Shown here piece by piece: positions 8,845-17,894 of a stretch of DNA of 17,894 bases; position 1 is the first letter of the stretch; each line of letters starts with the position of its first letter. Made by a program: the position numbers and the translations under genes. This stretch comes from Fonticula alba ATCC 38817 (Eukaryota > Protista > Nucleariida): the NCBI GenBank assembly GCA_000388065.2, contig KB932212.1; one strand, given 5' to 3'. The notes beneath the pieces were generated by a model that saw only the letters and a list, made by a program, of their open reading frames with translations, ran no database searches and was not told where the DNA came from.

Positions 8845-11717
8845 CCTGCGCCAAGACTTGGGGAGATGTCGCCGACATGCTGGATAGGACAGCCTCTGCT
8901 TCCTGAGCAGTCCAGCAAGGCGCAGATCATAGTGTGGCTGAGCTGCTTGGCAGCGGAGCCGATAGGACAGGTGGGTTTCGGCCAAGAAGCCCGCCACGAT
9001 CTGATTCAGGGAACGCCGGTTTGAAGAAGTCGAAACCCATCCCCATCGGGACCGAGAATGCGCCGGAATCACAACACCGAGCGCGGAATACAGCCCCTGG
9101 GAAGATGTGGAAGGAACGGGAGAGAGAGAGAGAAAGAAAGAAGAGGGAGGGGAAGGGAGAGAGGAAAGAGGCGCCCGCCTTCTGGCTTGTGGCGTGGTCT
9201 ACGCGATGCGGGAGATGTTGAGCTTTCCCTGGAGACGTAGCCAACCATAGAGTAGACTGGCGGAGCTCGGGAGGACAATCTCCCATCGAGAGGTGCAGGA
9301 TCACCGAGGTGGCTAGCCAAGACTCTTGTCGTACACGCTGGGGTCCGATTGCAAGAAGGCAGACAGGCTTGAGTGGGGGATGCACCTGTTTGGAGGTGAA
9401 ACGGCGACCGTGCTTTTGGCGTGGTTGTTTGATGCCAGGTGGGCGGGGGGCTCAAAATGAGGGAATCATCCACGCCAGGGGGCACATTGAAAGATGCCGA
9501 AGCGCAGCTTGGGGATGAGCTGACAGGCGGCAGTCCCAGTATTGGGGCTAGCTCGAGTCGTCACCGTAAGCGCGCATCCGGTCAGACTCAACAACGGCAG
9601 GGCAGTGAGGACGCCCAAAGACAAGCTCGGTGCCATGACAGAGGACGTGAGGCATGGAGAGGCTCAAATTGGGCAGGACGTACCCCCGGACAAGTGCACG
9701 CCACAGGCCCAGGCATGTACGGGCACCGCCAGAAAGATGGCCCGACAACACAACACATCTCCGGAGGGCCCTTCATCATGCTGTTTCGCGCGCACATCGG
9801 CCGCCGGGGATGGACAGCACACGGCCGGCGCTGCTGCCGTGCCATGCACCGGGCGAGATTCACCACAGGTGGTGGCACAACAATCCTGCGCCTGTCGTCC
9901 GGCGAGAACGTGTCCATGCATAGATGAGTTCCTGCGACGCGCACCAGACGAGAAAGCCTCGGGGAAGGCAAGCTCCTCGATGTCCGCAACATGACAATGC
10001 CAAGTGCCAGCCACTTCCCGCGCTCCTCCTCTCTCTCTCCCTTGAGCAGAGGTGAGGACCAGCAGGCACCACATCGACCGGACGTGTGGCCAACTGTGAA
10101 CCCCAGCACTTTGGCCGGACAAGAGACGCAAGTGTCAATTGAGCAGTCCGGTGGAAATGTGCGGCACATAGCCCGATGGCGCATGGGCTGCCCCAGTGGC
10201 CCGGGCCCACTTGGCCAATCGACACAGCAATCCCTGAGATCGCATGTGTGAGTGCCCATTGTCTCTTCTCGGGGGAGCAGGGGTCGCGAGGTGGCCAATT
10301 GCAGGGCGAAGAGGACTTGTGGACCAAGGAAAGCAGGCCGCAAGCAGGTTGCAACCCACCGCGAGGGAGAGGAGCAAAGGAGGAGGACGCTTTGTGACGG
10401 CAAACGGCCGGGGAACCTTGGCGACAGGAGGGCCGGCAAACAGTCTGCGACGATTGGATGAGAGGCAAACGTCAACGGTTTGGATAGTGGCTCGTAGCGC
10501 ATCCGCCTTGCCAGGATAACCGCCCTGTGTCACCTCTGGCAAGGCAGTGGGCATGACTTGAAGCCCAAACTCCGGATGGTGCGCCGCCATGACAAGGTGG
10601 CTGATCGAGGTGACAGGATACCCGTCGCCACGCGCGCGTTGGGAAACGAAGAAACAAGGCCATCTGAGGATGCCGGAAGCCGAGCCGTATGCTTCGGGCA
10701 TGGCATCCGGCCACCCCCGGGCGGGCTGCTTTTGTTGTGCATCATCTGCAGATGCAAAGGGGAGGCGGGCGAGACAGGTGTCTGCCGGGATCCTGTGGGG
10801 GGCAAATGGGCGTGGTCGTGACGATTAGCCCCACCAGTGCAAGCGGAGGAAGACAAGTGGGTCTTGGAGACCGACCGCGCGCCGGAACAAGAGACATAGA
10901 CCCTTTTTTGGAAGACCACCAGAGACCCAAAACCATGCGGGCGGTGTCCCTCGACAGCCTGGTGACCCGAAGGACGAGGCCAACACCGGGCGATGGAAAG
11001 TGCATGGATGATCCCCGCCCATACAAGCTGCATGGACCACCGGTGGCCCAGACTGCAGGCGTGGCCGACATGGGCTGCATGCTCGGGAGGCGGCCGTTGT
11101 ACGGCCGTGCAACCGCTGCTGCCTGGTCGCGAGCTACGCAGCCTGCACGAGCAATCCGCCCGGAAGTACACGGGCAGGAGGATGCACACCGTGGGAACAT
11201 GGGAAAACACATGCCGAGGAAGTTGGCCCGAAGCAACAGTAGGCGCGCCATGGGCGGCGCATTGCGCGGTGAGGGAGAGAAGCGGCAAGCGCACGAGCCT
11301 AAAGGATGAACAATACACATGGAGCGGCGGGAAAACCGGGGTGTGCTCATGCCCAGGGGACGAGGCATCCTCCGAAGCAGGAGAGGGGCAGCAGCTCGCT
11401 GGCCAACGGCCATCCATCAACGGCGGAGGGCAGCGGTAGCCAGGAGGGAGGGAGGGAGGGGGTGAACAAGGCCATGGAAAGGGTGTGCGAAGGAGGGGTG
11501 TGAAAAGGGGGGGGGGGATGACGGGTGTGAAACTGTGGATCAAGCGGGGGAGGGGGCGTACCTCGGTTTTCTTCGTGCGTGCATCACACCACGGGCGGGC
11601 CGGTCCTCGGGCGGGCGCGCGTCCACAGCAGAGGGGGCGGGACAGCGGACGGATTCTTGGCCAACCGCGCGACGCCGGCACGCCACCGCCGGGTTGACGC
11701 CAGTGTGCAACGGACAT
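8833..11717 (-). pseudogene. Putative multi-exon gene or pseudogene, structure unresolved
   Basis: Consensus donor GAG|GTACGC at 11561 followed by a typical C-rich intron body. A polypyrimidine tract with TTCCCAG acceptor at 9097 opens an 88-codon segment ending at TAA 8833. One frame runs 11717-9588 with a single internal TGA. Confidence 0.35.
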
Positions 11718-11950
11718 TCCCCCCTCCCGAGTTGCCAGCGGTCAGCTGTGAGTGCCAACCGGGAATTAGCCTGGCGCACAGAACCGGAACTAGGCGCGGC
11801 CCAACTTGCCGGTGCTGGTGGGCACGCCCTCCCCCGAGCTGGGGCTCCCGCGGAGATGTCCCACCCCCCCCCCTCAGCTTGTGAAGAGCCCGGTTGCTCG
11901 GCGATGTTTACGTGACTGATCACGCCACGAGCGTGTCAGGCTCATTTCTT

Positions 11951-11979
11951 CCGCGTGACCTGTGATTCGAGTCACGCGG
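11951..11979. other. Perfect 9-bp inverted repeat (CCGCGTGAC-11 nt-GTCACGCGG)
   Basis: Read directly; a T13 run follows at 12029-12041. Confidence 0.8.
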
Positions 11980-12540
11980 CGTCCCATCGCCGGATGTGCC
12001 CGGATCGCTCCCCGCGCGCCTGGCTGCCTTTTTTTTTTTTTGCGTGCCAACACCGATCGCGAGTCCCACCCTCCTGCGGAAGCCACTGTCATCTACACGA
12101 TGGTCACTCGTGTGCCCCCCCCCCCCCCTGGCCAGGCCATATGCGCATGCAGCTTCAGCGCGAGAGTTATCGCCATGACCCGCCTATCGGCATGTTGGAG
12201 ACTCGGTGTGTGGTCCCCATGCTGGTAGCCGAACGAGTGCTGGACAGACCGGGCGACTGCCTTGACACGACCCATGAACCGAGAGGCGGGGCGATGGAAA
12301 TGTGACAGGAGATGCAAGCGAAGAGGAGGGAGCCGGGATGAGGGCACAGCCTCGAAAGATGTGTGTGGCCCCGGGGCCGGATCTGGGCGGCTCGCTCAGG
12401 GAGTATCGGCTGCAAAGTGGGGGGAACCATCAAGGAGGTAACGCCCTGGGGGCGGGCATTTTCCATACGCACCAAGGCTGATGGGCTGATGACAAACACC
12501 CTGCTAGCATGCTCTCCCTACCAAACCAAGCCAACGTGCG

Positions 12541-12638
12541 GAGGAGGCATGAGGAGGCATGAGGAGGCATGAGGAGGCATGAGGAGGCATGAGGAGGCAT
12601 GAGGAGGCATGAGGAGGCATGAGGAGGCATGAGGAGGC
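12541..12638 (+). repeat. 10-bp tandem repeat (GAGGAGGCAT) x ~9.8
   Basis: Nine perfect units plus GAGGAGGC, decaying into GGCGA/GGCGG pentamers. Confidence 0.97.
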
Positions 12639-12940
12639 GAGGTGAGGCGAGGCGGGGCGGGGCGGGGCAGGGCGAGAGGGAGGGGGTGTCATGCGTGATC
12701 TGCAGGAGGCAATGAGGGCCACGTAGGCGGTCAAAAAGCTCGAGTCCAATCTGCCGAGCGCCGGTGCACGCCCGGCCCGCCCCTGCCCCCGGCCCAGATA
12801 TGCCGCCGGCCGGGGTGTCGACGGAGTGCGACAATGTTCTTGTAAAGCGGATCGTAAAACACGTCCGATCATGAGACGCCGCATGTGATACGCGCCGGGC
12901 TACCTTCGTGCACCGCCATGCTGCACTTCGCTCGTGCTTG

Positions 12941-13030
12941 GTCTGGTTCTGTACTTATATCTTTGCAAAGCCCATTGGATGTTGTCCCAAATGTGTGCTG
13001 GGGTTTAGGTTTTGTCTATTCATTTTACGC
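12941..13030. promoter_or_regulatory. Second relatively AT-rich island, possible promoter/boundary
   Basis: About 41% GC by hand count; coincides with a strand-skew switch. Confidence 0.25.
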
Positions 13031-14367
13031 ATCGAACAGCGGCTTCTGATTCTCGATCATCCCAGATGGATCGGCGATCTTGGCCTTCGGCTGCCGGTTT
13101 GGCTCGGCCGTCGACCTCATTCTGAAGCCCGGAGCAAGCCGGCTGACCTGGCCCGTGACGCGCCAGCTGTTCTGATCCATGCGCACCACCCACCCCCCCA
13201 CCCCCCTGGCAAGCTGAGACCAGCCTGCGGAACACTTTCCTCGGGTCCCCCTGCCCCGGTTGCAGGGTGGGCCATGCTCGCCACGCCGCTCTCCTTCGCC
13301 TCCCCCCTCGGTCCGCCCCCGCCCCCCTCGCGCTCGCTCAGGCTGCTGCTCTCTCCCCGGGGATGGGACGTGGTTTATATTCATTTCCCCATGCATGCCC
13401 CTCGCCTCGGCTCGACCTCTCTCGCCCCCGTGCTGTGTCTCTCGGCCGGAGCGGGCCCGATCGGCCCGAAGACGACCATGCCCAGGCAGCACTGCCGACT
13501 CAAGCGGGGCCCGATCGGTCTTGCCCCAACACTTTGACTGCCATGCCTGCAATGGCTCCCCCCCCCCCCCCCCCCCTGTGCAGACACACACACACACACT
13601 GCCCCCGACGTCGGGGCTCCCCTGAAATTCCTCTCGATTGTCCCCCATTTCCCTGTGCTGTGACGGGGGGGGGCGGGAATCCATCCTCCGTCCCGCCCCC
13701 ATTCACCAGTCTCAGAGCATGCCCCCCTCGCCGCATCGACTCCCCGGCAAGACGCCAAAATGGCAATCCGGTGTCCTCTCTGACCATCGGAGCGGGCCAA
13801 AGAGAGGAGGGCAACCAGGCGGAGGGGTTCCTCGCGGCAGGGAAGCACCAGAAAGGCACGGACACATATCGAGAGGACAAGGGAGGCACACCCCCCGCTC
13901 TTGCACGAGCGGATAGGGAGATAGGGGCAGCCAACCGGAAGGCCCCTTTTGCGGCAGGCGAAACCGCGGAGAAGATGCAGAAGCGCACAGAAGTACATTT
14001 GAAGCTGGAGAACCCCGCGCTGCCGGCCGCGTGTGCGAGAAAGGGGGTGGGGACACTCTGCGGGCTGGCCGTACGGGGTGGAGAAGGAGGAGAGAGAGAG
14101 AGAGAGAGAGGGGGGGGGAGAGGAAAATGAGGGCTGAGGAGGGGGAAGATGGGAGAGAGACAGAAAATGAAGGACAAGAGAAGGAAGCCGACGGAGAGGG
14201 GAACATCCAGAGCAGGGGGGGGCACACGCGCGGGGCGAGATGTGTGCGTGCACACGCATGTGTGTATGTGGTAGGAGGAGGGGGAGCACACATGCACATC
14301 CTCCCCGCGCCCCCTCCCCTGCCTGGGGCTCGCCGCCCTCTCGCTGTTGCGCGGCGCCTCGCGCGCT

Positions 14368-14935
14368 CTACGGCAGGGCGTTGTTTTGGGACTCGAGGAT
14401 GGTGTCCAACTTAACGCGGATCTCCTCGACCAGTCCGAAGAAGGAGGGTGCCCCGCCATGGATCTGAACGAAGACCAGATCCGTCTGGAAGGCGTTCACC
14501 GTGACCAGGTCTATCCGCAGCTTCACCGTTCGGGGCTTGGAGTCTGGGGCTGGTTATTCGAGAAAAGAGGGGAGAGAGAGAGAGAGAGAGATGGCCTTGT
14601 GTCAGCACGATGTGGGGAAGGGAGAGAGCGACAGCAACAACGAGGGGAAGAACAAGAAGAGGAAGAAGGGCAACCAAGGCGGCGGGACTGGTCAAACCCC
14701 CCCCCTCCATGCGCGTGAAAGTCGTCAAGGAGTCCCTCTCGCAGGCCTCCGCCAGACCCAGCGAGACAGAGGGGAGAACACATCAACGCACAGGGACATC
14801 TATCGGCGCGGCACTCCAGCGAGGAGAACTTCTTGCGGAGGTTGAACTCGATGGACAGATCCTGAGAGAAGGGGAAAGGAGGGAGGGGCGGGCAGGGACG
14901 CCAGTCAGCACACGTGCGTCACGCGCAGAGGGGAG

Positions 14936-14975
<40 letters not shown>

Positions 14976-16072
14976 GGAAGGAGTGCAGGCGCGCAGCACA
15001 GACAGACATACCTTCAATGCAGCTTGGAGCGCTTGAGTGATCACGGTAAATTCGCCGGTGGTGAGGATATTAACAGTCTGAATGATTAGGACAGGCGCAA
15101 GCGCACACAAAAAGCAACGGTGTTAATGGAGAGAGGGTGCCGAGAGGGGAAGGGGAGGAGAGAGACAACACCGGAGAGGCACACATCATCCATCTGAAAT
15201 ATATGTATGCCGCGCGCACCTCGCCCTTGAAATTAAACAGCGACGCGAACCACGACCGCTTCGGACTGTTGGCCACATCGGTGGGCTCCTGCTGCTCGGC
15301 CGAGGTGGCCGACACCCGGCGGTTGTAGCGCGGTGTCCCGAGCCGGGACCCGGGCGACTCGGCCGACCCCCCGGGCTGATTCGGCGACAGCAGGGACCCC
15401 TGGCTGCCGCCCAAAACCGAGGGCGACCCCACCGGCGAGGCCGGCCCACCGAACCCCGAGCCACCGGCATGGTGATGATGGTGGTGGTGGTGATGAGGAT
15501 GATGATGGCCATTGCTGTTGGCCGTGGGAATGGCCACCGGCGGCGGGCCGGGCTTCCGGCCGAGAGACGACTGCCGCGTGGGTTGCTGCTGCTGCTGTGA
15601 AGAAGGGGAAGTGGAAGAGGAGGAGGAGGAGGAGTTGGCCGACTCCTCGGCGGCTTCGGACGCCTCGGCCGCCGGGTTCTGCACGCGCAGGAGCATGGAC
15701 GAGCTGAGCGAGCTGGCCCGGAGCCGGCGCTCCTGCTCGAACCGGGCCATGGAGGCCGCATTGAAGGAGGATGACCGCCGCCGGGGGATGTTCGGGTCCA
15801 GGTCCGGGGAGTCCTGCTCTTCGTTGTCCAGTTGGTCCTTCTTGCGCTCCAGCAGGAAGTGGTAGAACACCTGTTCGATGGTGTAGTTTTCCGAATACAG
15901 CAGGCTCATGATCTCCTCCTCGCTGTCGTATCCCAGCGACATGAGGTTCTCGAGGACCTCGTAGTCGATCTCGTCCTCGCTGTCGAGGGCGCGGATCTGC
16001 ATGGCGGTGCGAGGGGAGGAGCATGGGAGGGGCATGAACGGGTGAGTCGGACAGACACAGGAGGAGTGAGCG

Positions 16073-16108
<36 letters not shown>

Positions 16109-17709
16109 GAGAAAGCGCCCCGTGTTGGAGAAGAAAAGGCTTGCACCCTGGCCCACGCGCTCGCTCTCCCTCGGGGCAGCACACACAGGCACAGACACAA
16201 CACCCCTCTTGAGTGGCATGTGCCGGCGAAAGGGTATATCCCCCCCCCCCCGCATGCTCCCTGTCCGCTAGGGAGCGAAGGGCGGTGGCGGCGGCGGCGG
16301 CGGCGGCGGCGAGTGGGAAAAGAGGCGCAGGAAGCAACGCACCTGAATGATGGAGTTCTGCCGGTAGTGGCTGGTCGGGCCGTTCATGTTAAACCAGGGG
16401 TGCTGGATGAGCTCCTGCATGGTGATGCGCCGCTCGGGGTCCACCTCGAGCATGCGCTTGATCAGGTCCCGTGCCCCCTCCGACAGGGAGGGCGGCATGA
16501 AATACACACCGGCCTTGACCTTGGACAGGAGCCGGCGGATGTTGTCATCATCGAAGGGGAGATTCCCCGTCAGCAGGGCATAGAGGATGACACCGCAGGA
16601 CCAAATGTCCGCGGCCGGGCCGTCGTACTTCTCGCCGCGGATGATTTCCGGACTGGCGTAGTGCGGCGACCCGCAGCTGGTTTCCAGGCACTTGCCCTCG
16701 GGTTGCAGGGCGGCCATGCCGAAGTCCGCGATCTTGATGTTCATGTTGGCGTCGAGGAGGAGGTTCTCCTGGGTGCATGCAGCGCCGGGTGGGCGGGGGT
16801 GGAGATGCGGCAGGGGGTGCGAGAAGAAAGGGGCGTCAGAGGAGGGGGCCTCCTGGCCACAGACGGGGGGGCGGGGGGGGGACGGGCGGGGGAAGAGAGA
16901 GAGACCGGCGGGGAAAGACAGCAGGAAGGTCGAGCAAGGCACGCACCGGCTTCAGGTCCCGGTGGCACACCAGATGCCGATGACAGTAGTCCAGGCCGCA
17001 AATAATTTGCTGGAAGAAAATGAGAGCCTCATGCTCGGGGAGCCGGCCCCGCTTGACGAGATACTCAAACAGCTCACCACCCTCCACATGCTCCAGCATC
17101 AGGTATAGGTCGGAGCTGCTCTCGTACACGTCAATCAAGCTCAGGACATTCGGATGCCGGATGAGCTTCATCAGGGTGATCTCACTAGGGAAGGGGAGCG
17201 AGGGCGGGGGCGGGGTGAACGGGGGGTGAGCGAAGTGCAAGGAATGAATGAGGTAATAGGGATGAATGAGGTGATAGGGGTGAATGAGGTGATGGGGATG
17301 AATGAGGTGATAGGGGTGAATGAGGTGATGGGGATGAATGAAGTGATAGGGATGAATGAGGTGAAAGGAAAGAATGAGGTGAAAGGAAAGAATGAGGTGA
17401 AAGGAGGGAATGAGGTGAAAGGAGGGAATGAGGTGAGCGGGGGGCATGGGCGAGGAAGTGACACATGGGCCCCATAGGAAGAACCCGCGCGCGTGGGCGG
17501 CGGCGGCCCCGATGCCGTGCAAGGCAGGAGGGAGGGACGCACCGCTCGATCTTCTTCGACAAGGATGCCTTGCTGCTGAGCCACTCCTTGGAGACAATCT
17601 TGGCGGCCACAGTCTGCCGCGTCTCCATGTGCGTGCCGAGCCGCACGCGGCCGGTAGAGCCAATGCCCAGCGTACGGCCTAAGACGTATGGACCGACACG
17701 ACTCGCCAT
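14368..17709 (-). CDS. BRSK: AMPK-related Ser/Thr kinase of the BRSK/SAD (Gin4/Hsl1/Cdr2-like) family, 641 aa; complement(join(14368..14549,14792..14861,15012..15077,15220..15996,16343..16768,16947..17184,17543..17709))
   Basis: Six phase-consistent GT-AG introns give a 1926-nt ORF ending in TAG. Motifs: [64 protein letters not shown]. Also a UBA-like segment ([14 protein letters not shown]...[11 protein letters not shown]), [11 protein letters not shown] (AIS-like) and a KA1-like C-terminus (TVKLRIDL...[22 protein letters not shown]). Confidence 0.95.
14941..14975 (+). repeat. Compound (CT)5(CA)12 microsatellite in kinase intron 5
   Basis: Read directly. Confidence 0.9.
16280..16311 (+). 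repeat. (GGC)n trinucleotide tract in kinase intron 3
   Basis: About 10 GGC units with one GGT variant. Confidence 0.85.
17246..17436 (+). repeat. 18-bp minisatellite (GAATGAGGTGATAGGGAT consensus) x ~10.6 in kinase intron 1
   Basis: Units start every 18 nt from 17246 to 17426, with an invariant-like GAATGAGGT core and variable 3' half. Confidence 0.95.
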
Positions 17710-17894
17710 GATGGTGGTGGTAGTGGTGGTGATGGAGGGGGCGCGGCAGGGGAGGGAGGAGGGCGGCGGGTGGGGAGTGTACTGCGGCCAGGGGGTGAAT
17801 AATGGCAGGGCGGGCAGGGGAGCAGCGGCAGGCACCAGACCCGGTGAAGGTGGGGAAGACAAACGCACGCCTGGATGGAAGGGACGGGGGATGG

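Noticed and set aside
11940-12010. tRNA gene around ATTCGAGTC
   Set aside because: No acceptor stem, D arm or anticodon arm can be built.
12541-12638. CRISPR-like array or Shine-Dalgarno (AGGAGG..ATG) repeats; same test applied to 4241-4294 and 17246-17436
   Set aside because: Contiguous tandem units without unique spacers, no cas genes, eukaryotic context.
13001-13010. Telomere-like GGGTTTAGG
   Set aside because: A single unit, not an array.
5295-13175. Genome-wide UGA reassignment, suggested by many TGA-interrupted frames and TGA-ATG at 5297-5292
   Set aside because: Both confirmed genes have no in-frame TGA and all six Trp codons are TGG. TGA is the expected dominant stop in GC-rich, TA-poor DNA.
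7000-13700. Retrotransposon or DNA transposon
   Set aside because: No RT (YxDD), integrase, gag zinc knuckle, tyrosine recombinase or transposase motif seen in any listed ORF, and no LTRs or TIRs detected by eye. A heavily decayed element cannot be excluded.
13267-14340. Long ORFs on both strands between 13.3 and 14.3 kb, and a possible extra 3' intron of the kinase
   Set aside because: Low-complexity CT/GA-rich sequence just downstream of the kinase stop; best explained as 3' UTR or spacer, with no consensus donor in a useful position.

Overview
GC-rich, intron-containing eukaryotic genomic DNA. The style fits a unicellular opisthokont or other protist; the kinase mixes fungal-type and animal-type residues, but the species cannot be fixed from sequence alone. 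Two genes can be fully reconstructed by hand. One is an 8-exon SDS22/PPP1R7 gene (+, 109-2308, 428 aa, 12 LRRs plus LRRcap). The other is a 7-exon BRSK/SAD/Gin4-family kinase (-, 17709-14368, 641 aa: kinase, UBA, linker, AIS-like motif, KA1). A probable 2-exon orphan gene with a possible divergent RRM lies at 6319-5295 (-). The 7-13.7 kb interval has no recognisable domain. It does show splice signals, strand-skew switches and long, nearly open frames, suggesting unannotated or decayed transcription units. The 2.3-4.8 kb stretch is low-complexity and broken by four 10-N gaps. No rRNA, tRNA, CRISPR array or recognisable transposon domain was found. Most notable: an unusual GTRCGY splice-donor consensus; a stop-free in-frame SDS22 intron whose minisatellite encodes a 31-residue hydrophobic stretch; a 14-nt exact match to the U2 snRNA branch-recognition core inside a hairpin; and a 49-aa insertion in one SDS22 LRR. 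I did not find a clearly defined novel multi-gene system.
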